A stretch of DNA of 64,000 bases from Eutreptiella sp. 'Long Island Sound 2002' (lineage: Eukaryota > Protista > Euglenida): assembly GCA_964036045.1 (NCBI GenBank), contig OZ038378.1:13826001-13890000 (forward strand), read 5' to 3'. A program made the translations under genes and the position numbers. Of this stretch, positions 38,474-50,946 are shown one piece after another. Under the pieces are notes generated by a model. It had not been told where the DNA came from, did no database searches, and saw only the letters and a list, made by a program, of their open reading frames with translations. How positions within the stretch are numbered: the stretch's first letter is position 1; every line of letters begins with the position of its first letter.

Positions 38474-38568
38474 GAGCCAGAACCCTCAAGACCACCCCTT
38501 TGGATGTGGTCACGGCACTGAACGCGAGGAACGTCTGGTCCCGGGGGACAAAGGGCAAAAACGTGAAG
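38474..38568 (+). CDS. MBTPS1: S1P exon 5 (GARTLKTTPLDVVTALNARNVWSRGTKGKNVK)
   Basis: Matches S1P [31 protein letters not shown]; cgcag/gtgtgt boundaries. Confidence 0.85.
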
Positions 38569-39171
38569 GTGTGTCGTGAAGCTCATGCGAAGGGCACGGG
38601 CCATCCTCTCGTAGCGGCTTGAAAGGGGCGGAGAATGCCCATCGCCAGGGGCCCGGCGTTCCCGGACTACGCGCAGGAGCCCCCCCCCCCCCGGGGGGCA
38701 GTGCACCGCTGATGGATACCACTTGGGGGTCTAGACTCACGGCACACTGCACTTTGGAAAAGGCCTCTCGCCGGTCGTTGCCCTGCCACCCCCCCCCCCC
38801 CCCCACACACACCACTGGCCCCAACAAATGCCCTCAACAAACAAAAGGAGGTTCTACAAAAGACATAGCACTGTACTTGCCGGTACCTGACCAGCCTTCA
38901 TCGAGCAGCCCTCGCACTGTGCCAAGGGGGCGGGGGCGTATGTGCGAGAAACCGTACGCCTTGTGGCTGGTCGGAGCCGATCAGTGAGAAGAGGGTGGGC
39001 AGATACGCATTTCAAAGCTGCCGACAAGCCATTTGACTGATTAATCACACAACAGCAGATTGCCGCCGTCGCTACCAAGCAAAGACTTGAGCGCCTCGGA
39101 GGGATAGGACGAGGGACGGAGGGAGTGCGCACTCCGACCCTCGCCCCAATGGGAGCTTTTGCTGTCTGCAG

Positions 39172-39256
39172 GTGGCAGTCTTCGACACCGGAATCAAACA
39201 AGATCATTCCCATTTCAAGGGCAAAGTCGTTGTAAAGACATGTGCCAGTTATACAG
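39172..39256 (+). CDS. MBTPS1: S1P exon 6 with catalytic Asp (VAVFDTGIKQDHSHFKGKVVVKTCASYT)
   Basis: VAVFDTG motif, tgcag acceptor; the 3' end is inferred from a GC donor (G|GCGTGC) that gives the required phase 1. Confidence 0.8.
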
Positions 39257-40373
39257 GCGTGCCCTTATGTCATCCCTTTGCCTCGTCCTTGGCACTGCGC
39301 TCACGCGCTCTGCACCACAGTCTCTTGCACTCTTGCCCCCTATCCAATCCAGAGAACATGATATTTGGAGGCGCACTGCGTATCATCACCAACCTCCGTC
39401 CCAAAAACACCGATTCGCTCAAACAGAACGGCAACACCGTCTCGGACAGAGAGGCAGGGGATCCGGGGCATCGTGGTGCTGGATTACGCGTCCGACACGA
39501 GCAGAGCACCCTGGGACTGGGGTCGTGCCATGCGGTGTCAGGGCGCCGCTGAGGCCGAAGTAGTCCAATGGCTATTGGGGACCAGCACAACCCCCCGTAG
39601 CACACTTCATTTCCACATCATAAACGGTGGCAAGCTCCTCCAAGCCCCGCGCTGATTTGAGTGACTGCAGATGAAATCCGCGTGGCGGGCCTCCAGCAAG
39701 GCATTGTGCTGCGGGGTGCGCCCTGGAACTGACTGCGAGGCGATGGTCCTTCACATTGGACCCCTCCGCATCCCTATGCCCCCCCGGCGATGCGTGGTGG
39801 TCCGGGGGACGCTCCGTGGCACCCTCCATCTGCAGAAAGCAAATGGACCGCTGCGGCTGTACCTCAACGACGGACATCGGCACGCAATGCCACACTGGCT
39901 GTCCTCTGGCGTACGGAATCCCCCGGCGGGAGGTCATGGGCGGGCGGCGGATGACGTAGCATAGCCCCCACACGCCGTCCCTCCATCGCACTTTGCTGCG
40001 AGGGAACTCGGGTCAAGGCTTTTCCTGCCCCTTCGGCCTTCGGGCTTCCCCCGGTATATCTGCGACACGGAGTGTGGGAGGCCACAGGGTCTCGGACGTA
40101 GAGACAAACAAGTGGACGTAAACAACACCGGGTATTGCACAGTGACCGGGGGTGAGGCTCCTGTAGGAGGCAGCCACGGGGTATGTTCAACGGGACGGAG
40201 GGACATCGTCCGTTTCGGGAGCCATGGGCCCTCAGTGCGGGGGCAGCAGATTTGCCAGGGGGTGCACCGGCGCGGGTGGTCGCAGTGAGAGTTTGCTTTG
40301 CAGCAATGCCTGCCTCCTCTCATTAGGCTTTGCGCATCCCCCGCTTCATCGTCCATGTCCGCCCCAATCTCAG

Positions 40374-40504
40374 ATGCGAAGACGTGTGAGGATGGGTTTG
40401 GGCATGGGACGTTTGTGGCCGGCGTGATTGCATCGGCGGAGGACTGTTTGGGCATTGTCCCGGACGCGGAGCTGTATATTTATAAAGTGTTCACTGACAA
40501 GCAG
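40374..40504 (+). CDS. MBTPS1: S1P exon 7 with catalytic His ([44 protein letters not shown])
   Basis: [12 protein letters not shown] motif, ctcag/gtcctc boundaries. Confidence 0.95.
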
Positions 40505-41549
40505 GTCCTCCCCACGCCCCCCTGGCGACGGTCCTGCATACACCTACACTTGACTCAAGCCCCATACATCAGCGCGCGACCGGACTTCCTCATGCAAGCC
40601 ACGCTCTGCTGATGCTGCCTCGTCACTTGCTGTCCTCGTGGCCCTTCCCAGGCCTCGTGGAGACTGGGATCCCCATAGAAGCATCATGAAGGAGGGTACG
40701 CGGAGCGTGAGCTGTAGTGGGGGGGGGAAAGGAGCAAGTCGTCTATAATCCCTACATTATATGCCCCTCCCGGGGGAGAACAGGAGGGCAGATCGGGGCG
40801 CCTTAGCTGGCCCCTGTGATCTAACATACCAGAGCCCCCTAACCCTCCCCTCGCAAGAGCGGCCAGGACATTAAAAGTCCCCAACCCTACATTATATGCC
40901 CGTGCATGTGCGCGCACACACATGCACGCACACACACACACACACGTGCGCGCGCGCGACATGCGTCAGTGCCACATTTCACCTGCCCCCCACTCCGCGG
41001 CTGACCGTCACACGGGGGGTCCAGTGCCGAAACACAGTGCAGATGTATGACCGCCCTCCTGACCCGGCCTTGCTGGTCCACTGGCTTGCCACTCGCGTTC
41101 ACATTTCACTTGCCCCCCCTCCCCCGGTCTCTGCCTCCCCACACTGCAGCCCCCCACGCTCACAACGCGGAACTCCTGCCGCCCCACACTAATGTGCCAC
41201 AGCACACCTGTGATATCTAGAAGCCGCTGATAAGAAACACACAAGCCCAGAGAATAGGCCATCCGCTGTCAACAACGAGCGCATGCAGCAATGATGACCA
41301 AGTACAACTGGCATCGTCCCAGAGCTCCCATTCGCTGAGGTCCAGCATACCACGGAACTTGCTCAGTCAGTAAACTCACCTAGACTGATTGCCTCCATAC
41401 TACCGTGCGCAATGCTCCCTGCAGCCCCCGGCTCCGGGAGCCTCGAATCGTTTCCTACTGAGACCAATCCCCCCTCTTTCTGTCAGGGTGCCCCCGGCAA
41501 AAACTAGGAGCTTGCTGAGCAACGGTCCGTTCCTATCCCCCCACTTTGC

Positions 41550-42225
41550 TCCACGGGTGCGATGCCCTGCCCCATGGGTGCAATGCCCTGCTCCACGGGC
41601 GCAATGCCCAAGAGGAGACTATAGGGGAAAAGGGTGAGTTGGTCAAGAGATTCACCAGCGCACAGTCATGTGGACTGGTGCATGGACTTGATGATGTTTG
41701 GAAATTTGCTGAGTTGCTCTGCGAGCGGTCAGCATAGTGCTGATTCCCCAGCACACAGTGCTGCAGGCTTGTGTGTAATGCTTGGTGAGTGTGGGGTTGG
41801 AAGGTGTCCGGAGGCTAGCTGAGTCGCTCTGCAAGCGGTTAGCACAGTGCTGATCCCCAACGCACAGTCGTGTGGGCTTGTGGGTAGTGCTTAGTGAGTG
41901 TGGGGTTCGAAGGTGTGCGGAGATAGCTAAATCCTAGCCCTGGCCATCAGCAATGGAATGGAGGCGTTAAGCCCTGGCCAGTTTTTGGTCAGCGGCAATG
42001 GAAAGGAGGCGTTAAACCTTGGCAGTTTTTGGCAGGCGTTCAGCCCTGGTGGGTTTTTTTGGCCAAAAGCAAATTGCGTCCGTGGAACAGGGTATTGCAC
42101 CCATGGAGCTGGGCATTGAGCCCGTGGAGCAGGGCATTGCGCCTGTGGAACAGGGCATTTCGCCCGTGGAGCAGGGCATTGCTCCCATGAGGTTGGGTAT
42201 TGCACCCGTGGAGTATGGCATTGTC
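41550..42225. mobile_element. Foldback element: 21-bp GCAATGCCCTGCTCCACGGGC arrays at both ends in inverted orientation, internal ~110-bp direct duplication
   Basis: 41551-41608 versus 42082-42222 inverted; 41710-41820 duplicated at 41820-41925. Confidence 0.7.
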
Positions 42226-42342
42226 CTCATGGGTTTCTTGTTTCCTTTGATCACCTGTCTTGGTTCTCACCTCCTGATCACTGAACCCACTCATTGCTGT
42301 CCACGTCACTTGAACACCTCAACATTGCAATGCATTGGCATA

Positions 42343-42558
42343 CAGGGGGGGGGGGGGTAAATTTGGTGGCACTTTAATTTCGCGTGGGAAATTTCGCATT
42401 TCAAATTGACCGCAAAATTTCCCACATCAAATTCAGGGTTCTCCGCGAATTTCTCTGGCGGGGGGTATCACACAAAATCCAGGTGCTGCGCAAAAATTCC
42501 CACAGAGGAATTTCCCACCGCAAATTTCATTTGGCGCGAAAATTTCCAACCCCCCCTG
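42343..42558. mobile_element. 216-bp MITE with CAGGGG...CCCCTG termini and TA target-site duplication (Tc1/mariner-type)
   Basis: gcaTA|cagggggg...aaattt ... aaatttccaacccccccctg|TAcc. Confidence 0.7.
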
Positions 42559-42801
42559 TACCTCTGGTCGCCGCCACTGCTGCCATCCATTGCATTGCCA
42601 CCATTTGCAGCCCGCGGCACATTCAGGTTACGCAGCACACAGTGCGACGCAAGCAACACGCGCATACTGTGGTCGGGGGTAGGGGCGCGACTCCCTCTGC
42701 CCAAAGCAGCACGTACCCTGCTGCTCCGGGAGCGTCTCTCATTGCTCCATCAGTAATCTTACCCCACAAGCTCCATTGTGTTGCGTTGCACCTCATACCC
42801 C

Positions 42802-42866
42802 ATGCACACGCACACGCACACACAAACGCACACACACGCACACACACACACACACATACACACACT
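42802..42866. repeat. Compound (CA)n microsatellite
   Basis: Directly visible. Confidence 0.9.
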
Positions 42867-43145
42867 GCATATGCATCATATGTACTGCAGTGCCGACACC
42901 CACACTCAACAAACTTCAACACCCCTCAGCTGCCCTCAACAACGCTGACCAAAGCTTATGCACACTCCACAACCTTCAACACCCCCTCTGCACCCACAAG
43001 TAATCCTTCAAAACCTCAATCAACCCTTGTCAGCCTTCAGCAGCCCCTGGTCTCCACCAGCATCACCGGTTCCTCGACCTCTTTCTAAATCATGTGTCCC
43101 ATTGCGGCGGCCTCCAATGGTCCAAGCACGTTCCTGTGGATGCAG

Positions 43146-43262
43146 GTGTCTTATACCTCCTGGTTCTTGGACGCCTTCAATCATGCCATCTTGGACGAGG
43201 TTGATGTGCTGAACCTCTCCATTGGGGGCCCTGATTTCCTGGACAAGCCTTTCGTCAACAAG
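43146..43262 (+). CDS. MBTPS1: S1P exon 8 ([39 protein letters not shown])
   Basis: Near-identical to the S1P signature segment; tgcag/gtattg. Confidence 0.95.
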
Positions 43263-44779
43263 GTATTGGACTGCCACGTGTCAACTGAGGAGGTGGGTGT
43301 CGTACCGCCTCTCCGGAGGCCGGTTTGCCTGTCCCGGAGCCCAGCCGTGGAGTGTGTGCGTTCCTGGACCCTACACACCCTGGCCAGCCTTGTGTCCCAT
43401 CAGGCACTCGGGCCATGCATCCCCGCACTGAGGACCCTGATATGGACCTTGATGCCTCCTTCACCGCAGTAGATGGGCGGGACTGCCGACACGCGTGGCA
43501 CATCGATGTGGTAGTTCGGGGCATGAGTCCTGTGCCTGAGGGCCATCCGCAAAAAAGAATGGGACACGACCTTCGGTCAGGTTGGCTTTCAGGTGGTTAT
43601 TGGGGACCTTCAGCTTTAGTCCTGCCACCGATTGAGCAGTCGTGTGTACCGGGTCACGTCCATTAGTTTTGTAACACAAGTGAGGGCGGCGTGCACTGCT
43701 TCCATCGATGCTCAAGTTGTGAGGTCCGAGTGGTCTGCTGCGAACCATTTCTTCACGTCTGGACGCCGCAGCTGAGCCTTTCTCCCCAGCCCCGCCATCA
43801 AGAGTTTTGCTGCCCTTAATCAGCCGGGCCTCTTCCACTGCACGGGTCTGTTGGGTGTACAGAGCCATCGTGTCAAAAGAGTGCGCATCTTTTCTCTCCC
43901 AGCCTTTACTCCCTGATATTACACAATGCAAGATATTGCCCTGCACCTACACCGCCTGCGGCATGCCAAAGGCTTTCTGCATCTGGAGCAAGGCCACCGC
44001 ACAACAAATTGTCCCCAGCAGGGGGTCCATCATGTGCCACACAACTGCAAAGGGATGGTGTCAATCACAAGACGGACGGGCCCACAACCGTCTCTGTTCC
44101 TCGTCCTGGATCACGCTCCATCAGAATTGGGTGATGAGTGACCAACAACGTCCACAATGTTGCAGCAGTCCACTAGTCCACTGGCGTCCACTCCACTCCT
44201 GCTCTCACATGCTGCCTGTGTCCAGAAAGGGACACAATATGCACACACAAATGCGTAGAAGATGTAATATTGGTGCACCGGTGTAGGTTTTCCAGTGGCC
44301 AGTGCCCACAAAATGTACAGTACAATGTCCAACAATGTCCCAGAAAAAAGTCTCGGTAATGCCCCAAATGGCCCTCATAATGCCCCAAGACTTCGGATTT
44401 TGACGTGTCTACTAATGTCCCAAATGGCCTAGTCAACACAAGGTTGGTGGGGAGAAAACTAGGCGCAAAACGCCGAGAACAACATTTTTTCCATAAAAAA
44501 AAAGCAGAGAGAAGGCCGAGGGCTTGTTGGCCGCTCTTTTGCACCCCCTTTTCAAAGTTCACATCCGCCCCTTTTTTTAACAATGTTTCTGCTGTTGCTT
44601 GTGCCAATAGCAAAAAAGTTCAAACGACAAGGGGTGCACAAGTCGACACCATCCGGGGTTTGATGAATGTCATGTGCACAGAGCTTTTGCACACCAAGCG
44701 CCACGTCATTCTAAGGGGGTGGGAATCTTTGGGTGTTGAGGTAGGGAGCAACCCCATCAAGGGCAACTGGATGAAGTTT

Positions 44780-45542
44780 CTTTGAATATGGGTAAACGTG
44801 CTGTACTGAGTTTGGGTGGTTTGGTGGTGTTCTGGTGGAGAGTTGGGTTGAGGCAAGCTTGTGTTTGTCTGAGAGAGTGTCTAGCTACGTGACGGCCACC
44901 GACTATGGCAAGAGCATGCAGCGCATGCTTGAGACATTGTGGGTGAGATGTAATGGGGAAGCACCAGAGGATTGGGGGCCATTTGAGGTGTTTGATGACC
45001 TCTAGAAGACCCTTTTTTGCCCACGGAAGCGGAAGCAAGGGCATGAGGTGGAGGTTGAGGATGGTGGTTTGCTTGGGTTTGCTGCTTTCAAGGACTTGCA
45101 AGTTTCTTTGGAAGAGGGTGTAGAGGCGTAGGTTCCTTTGAACATTCAAGATTTGTGGGTTGTCCCTAGGAGGGCAACTCATGACACCGATATTGAGGAT
45201 GTGTATGTTGTTGGGTTGGAGGACGAGGACGAGGATAGTGAGGATGAGGATTTGGAGCGGGTGGGTGAAGTTGCCAGTAGCTCCTCTTCTAACCTTCGGA
45301 ACCAACCATCCCTGTCTTCACCCGTGACCCAAGCCGAATCCTCTACCTCCTCTAACTCCCCTCAGTTGGTCTTCAAGTATGATGTGGATGAGGTGGTGTT
45401 GCGAGCAATTGAGAGGGGCAGGTTGCATGAGTGGATTGTTGTTGTCTTCGGGGCCATTTGCAGGAAGCATGGTTTGAGCGTGAGAGGGAGGAAGAGTGAG
45501 CTGATGGAGCGTGTCAAGGTTCACTTTGAAGGGTTGTACTAG
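44780..45542 (+). pseudogene. Decayed ORF ending in a SAP DNA-binding domain, probably transposon-derived
   Basis: ICRKHGLSVRGRKSELMERVKVHFE fits the SAP consensus; acidic tract upstream; in-frame stops further 5'. Confidence 0.6.
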
Positions 45543-46693
45543 CAGTAGGCAGTTTGTTATTTATCAAGACTTACAACTAGGATTGAGGATTGACTTACGA
45601 CTAGGATTGGGCTGGGTCCTAGTCTTGCTCAACACATAGGAAAATGCCTCGGAAAGAAGACGGCCTGCAGCAGAGATGCTACTGCATGATCACCACGAAC
45701 ATCTTGAAAAATAGTTCAAAAACAGCTCATTTTTACGTCAAAATGGACCACCGCGTGGCACGATGGTGTGGAAGACGCCTTATTGAACACCCATTCTTTT
45801 GATGGCCCAATCGCCATAGAAGAAGAACGGCCCTCATTGGAGATGCCTACCTCACGCACCGTCGATCGTCCGGAACTTTCAGGAAGATCATCCTAAAAAC
45901 AGCCCCAAAACGGCCATTTTTGGACAGTAAATTGGACATAAATTAGGCTAGATGGCTTGAAATGGCACAAAACTTGTCGCAAGTGATGGGCATTTGTTCT
46001 ATGGTTGTTTTGAGCTACTTGGATGCCAGTTTTGAGCCACAGTGCCCCCAAAAAGAGTTTTCTTGCGTCTGCTTGTTGCTTGCTGCTTGCTGCTTGCTTG
46101 CTGCTGTTGCTAGATGTGTTGCTCACCCTAGGACCCTAAGAGGGGTTGTAAAACCTCGACACGGTAAACCCAGCTTTATTACTCGCTGTGCCACCGGCGA
46201 TGGGACATTCGGGTGGTCGGCCACGGTGTCACTTCATTTGACGAAAAAAATAGCTTTTGATCATCTTGAATTGTGCAGGGTTTCAAGTAGGGTTGGGATG
46301 CAATCATGGAACACATGTGGGGCCAGCAAGAAATGTTTGAATGATTGAACACATATGGGGCGAGGAACCAATGTTTGACCAATTGGAAGCCCATGGGTGA
46401 AGCCATGAAGGGCCAGGAACCAATGGTCAAACACATGTAGTACCTGTGGGCTTTTTTGGGAAACTGTGTAACGGAACACTTTTTTTTTCCTTTGTCTGCG
46501 TTAAGGACTTCCCTGGCCAGCCCTTTCACTATAATGCGTTCCACCAACACCCACATAAATCAGTCCATCGCCTCTAAGAAGCTGTTGGTGGGCGCCTTTG
46601 TTGGGCGAAGGAGCTCCTCTGGATGCGACCCTCTGACCGTTCCTGTGACAGCCCTTCTTCCTTCTTCTCCCCTCTCCAACGCTGTGCATGCAG

Positions 46694-46799
46694 GTGTGGG
46701 AGGCGTCTGCCTCGGGCGTCGTGATTGTGTCCGCTATTGGCAACGATGGCCCGCTCTACGGGACGCTGAACAATCCTGCGGACATGATGGATGTCATCG
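46694..46799 (+). CDS. MBTPS1: S1P exon 9 with oxyanion Asn ([35 protein letters not shown])
   Basis: [18 protein letters not shown]; tgcag/gtgtgt. Confidence 0.95.
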
Positions 46800-47254
46800 G
46801 TGTGTGACCCCGGGGTCCATCAGCGAGTGAGGCTTCTGCGCTGCCCTCTATGGAGCAGGGGAGTGCGTACATGAGTGGGGAGAGGTCGCAGGCCAAACAT
46901 AGGGTTGTGACCCGAAGCTTGGCCTCGACTGTGTGGCCCCTTTCGTCCGTTGCATTGACCCATCTAGACAAAGGTCAACACAACAGCGCGCACAAAATTG
47001 CCTGACATCTGCAGCCCCCCACTGATGGGTACCACTTGGTGATGCGGAAGCCCCGGAGCGCCCTGGCGCTGCTGCAGTGCCCAGTCATCAGTGGTTGAGG
47101 GCACCCTCCGATTTTCAAGGTCATTGAATGGCCGTCTGTAAAGCCGTTCTTGCGCCAGCAGAGGAGTGGATGCCGCAGGCCCATGGGCTGCATCACTAGC
47201 CACGGCCACATTCATCTGAGACCCACAAAAGTGCACCCCTCCTCGCCCACCGCC

Positions 47255-47900
47255 GATAGACACAAATGACCCGCATCAACAAGAGCAGGACACTCAAATA
47301 CAAAGCGCCGGAGAGACGGGGGGTGGGTGAAGTTGGACTTCTGCAACTGACATTGGCCTCGAATTTTCGCCCGTGTGGTAAACCCCATGTTTCATGTGAA
47401 CAATGGTTTTCTGAACGGGTGGGTTGGTCGGCCGTGTTTGGCCAGCGCTCCCCAAAGACCGCCCCCTCCTCTGGCGACCTGAAAATTGCTCTGCGGGGGG
47501 GGGGGGGGGGGCTGACATGGACGCCCGCCGAAGGAGGGGGGGGGGGGTTTGGAGAAATGGGGTTCCATGTCGGGCCCTTTGTTTTGTGTAAGAACGGATG
47601 TTGGCGCCGAAGGCGCAGGAACACAAATTTTGGCCCGAAAAAGTTTTTTCCACCAATAATCCCCCACCCGCCCCCCACATTTGAGTAGTCAAAATGATCA
47701 GCGCGACGTGGGTATCATTTTGAGCCATAGATGTTGGGTTGACCCCCCCCCCCCGGCACGGCAGGTCGGGCACCCCCGCCCTGAACCCCCCCTCCTGTCA
47801 CAGCGGCCAAGGAGGGGGTTGGGTTGGGAAAATGGGCCTCCGTGTCACCCCCCCCCCCCCGCAGAGCAATTTTCTTCCCGCCTCTTCACAGGCATGTTCC
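47255..47900. mobile_element. Interspersed repeat/MITE-like insert with G/C-run blocks
   Basis: Composition and poly-G/poly-C blocks like the other short inserts; termini not resolved. Confidence 0.35.
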
Positions 47901-49530
47901 CCATGGGACGTGCGTGGGGTCCTCAGTCCAGACCAGGAAACGCCCCTCATGGATAAGCAACCACAACGCAGACAGTGAACAAACCTGCAAACCATGACGT
48001 AGGGTTGTCGGTGCATGTGAATCATGAGGGTGTGGCTTGCCCCCTGCGATCTCTGAGGCCACTGACATGGGCAGTCGAGAGGTGTGGGATTAGCAGGGCA
48101 CAGATGATAAGGATGCGCGCGCTCAGCTTCCACAATCTTTCGTGTCTGCCAACCACATATTCCCTTGCTCTGACCTTGCGGGTGGCAGTCTGGCACAAAA
48201 ACGTGTTACATTCACTTATCATAGCATCGTGCTCATGCATCCCAATACCATACATGGCCTGTCGCAGACAGGGACCGAGGTGATGAAATCATACCTAAAT
48301 GAGGACGTGTGTGCATCAAATCTTTGAGGGTACTCAGCAGCAGGTATCAGGGAGAAACAGAGAAATGTCTTTCTGCCATGGCAGAGTATGAGGTTGTGTG
48401 TTTGTGGCCTTGAGACTCGTGACGCGTGCCTCAGCTCACTTTTGACAATTTTCAGACACCGGCAAACGCTCTCTATGTTGCTTCCTGCATACCGGTGTGC
48501 GCCTCTCGTTGGTGTATTTTTTACGCTCCCATTTCACTGCTGAACACTACCGAGAGCAGTGATACCTCCACCGTGAATTTGAGGGCAACCGCAACCAAGA
48601 CGTCGCAGCAGAGCACCGGGGAGGTTCTGTCGAAAGAATTTATAAGGCAGGCCGGAAGTGTTTTGTCCCACCCAACAGTACGAGGTACAGCCCCCTGGTA
48701 TGACCCAATCAACCAGGAAAACAAAAGCGAAGGTAGCATAGGCCTCAGAAACAGGAAGCACACAGCAGTCGGAGTTGGACCGTGAGAGTGCAGCCCAGCG
48801 ACGGTGGACGGCAGATGCGCATACCATAGCACCACTGCCCTGGGGTTGGGTGGGCCAACGGCAACCTTGCGTCCGGTCCCTGGGGTGCCGATGAACAGGG
48901 GGGCAGGACCCACTCAGACGTGACCCTGTGGGCCGACCTGATGGAGTACGCATGGCGCGGGTCTGTTCAGGGCCTGTACGACATGCGTTTGGGACGCTTT
49001 GTCGTGAAGGGGCATAGGGTGTTTTCAAAAGGAGCCGTCACACATGACAGTGGGACTGGACTGACTGCCAGTCGCTGCTGTGGTCATGTGTATTGAGCTT
49101 TCCAGACCTGTGCCTCGGGGTGGCACGCTCACAAGCGGACCCGCAGGCGCTCGTCGGGAGACCCGCCATCTGGCATTGAGGCACCGAGCTGGATTTCAAT
49201 GGCACACGAGGGGCTCTGCCCTCAGGCATTCAACTCATGCCGCAGAAGGGCAATGGAATATGCGGCATTTCAGGGGCCCTTTTTTACCATTTCGTAACGG
49301 GCAAGAGTATCTGCGGTTGTCCATAAGACTGTGGCACAGTGCCTGTCCCTTCAATACAACGCATATGGACGCACACTGAGGCAACCCGCATGCTGTAGCC
49401 CCGTTGTTCCAGAGGGTTGCACGGCGATATTCCAGCGCTCAGCCACCCCCCCCCCCCCGCTGCCCCCCATCCCACTTCGTCCCTCATCTCCCCCCCCCTC
49501 TCTCTCTCCCTCTCCCTCTCCCTCTCTCAG

Positions 49531-49672
49531 GGGTGGGAGCCATGACGCAGGCTCAACAAATCGCACGTTTCTCATCGCGGGGCATGACCACTTGGGAGTT
49601 ACCTTGGGGCTACGGCCGCTTCAAGCCGGACTTCGTGACCTTTGGTGAGGCTGTGAGGGGCAGTAGCCACAG
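49531..49672 (+). CDS. MBTPS1: S1P exon 10 ([47 protein letters not shown])
   Basis: [21 protein letters not shown]; ctcag/gtgtcc. Confidence 0.95.
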
Positions 49673-50746
49673 GTGTCCGTTGTCGGAGGTGTTACGAGGA
49701 GGACTGTGACAACCCCCGACTCAGAACAGCGCGAGGGAGAGGGAGAGGGAGAGGGAGAGGGAGAGAAAGAGGGAGGAAAAGGCAGAGGTATTTATTGTGA
49801 AATTGAAGACAAGACTATGAGAATGGGGGCCAGAGAAGCACTGCGGTCATTAAACTCGATCAATCAATCAATCTTTTGAAATGCTGAAACACAATGATAA
49901 AGGATTAAGCTTCGCAGGTAGCTTGATGTCTTCCAAAACCGAGAGATTTCTAAAAACATGTGCCCATTTATCGTTTGGCGGTGCCCTACCCGGTAGAAAA
50001 AAAGATTTGTACCAAGAGACGTCGACGGCTTTATTTGATTTTAGGCACAGGTCCATGGTCGAAAATGAGTTTAGCGACCGTGGTGAGGGAGGTAAGGTTG
50101 CACGCGAGAGCGCGCGTGCAAGCAGGAAAGACACGGGCTGCACGTGAGCGTGGGGTCCGTGGCTGGGGCGGTAGGTCAACCACCATTTGGGTGGTGCGCT
50201 GCTTGGGCGAGCGCGCCTGCGTACTGACTGAGTGCTGCCTGCGTCGCTGCATGCGTGGGTGCGTGCGTGTGTCAGTGCCTGCCTGCGTGCAGTCCCTGAC
50301 CGAGGGCGGGACTGTGCGAGCACGTGCGCCTTTGCATCTGCTGGTGCGCAGATGAGTGACTGAGTGAGCGAGGGAGCGTTTTTGTGTGTGAACAAGAGAA
50401 AGGGAATCAGGGCAAGAAAGAACGGGCGGTGAGAAATCCCTGGTCCTTGTGTTTCCTGACCTCAAGGTCCATCCCTTGAAAGAGGTGAGGTGAGTCCCCG
50501 CCCTCCCGGCTTTTCCCGGCTTACAGGAGCCTGTCAATTCCGCCAACCACCCCATCCAGCCCTCAACTGCCATTCAATCCTTCTTTAACTGCCAGGGTTT
50601 GCCTTAACCGTCTTTCCAACTGCCAGAAACCGCTTTTATACTTGCTGCTAAGATCTTTTTTCGGCCCCTGTCCCCTGCAAGCACACGCCTGGTCATCCTT
50701 TACAGCGGCTCTGAAACCGGATACGTTCACCAATGTGCGTTCTCAG

Positions 50747-50946
50747 GGGAGGATGCAAGAGTCTCTCGGGGACCAGCGTGGCCTCTCCGGTGGCGGCGGG
50801 TGCAACTGCTCTGCTCGTGGCGTTGGCCAAGCAGCACTCCAGGGCCCACAATCCCGCGGCCCTCAAGCAAGTCCTCACTGCCTCGGCGAAGCCCCTGCAT
50901 CGCGTGGGCGTGTTCGAGCAGGGAGCCGGTGTTATGAATTTGGAAG
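50747..50946 (+). CDS. MBTPS1: S1P exon 11 with catalytic Ser (GGCKSLSGTSVASPVAAG...FEQGAGVMNLE)
   Basis: SGTSVASP, NPAALKQ, EQGAG; ctcag/gtgtgt. Confidence 0.95.
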
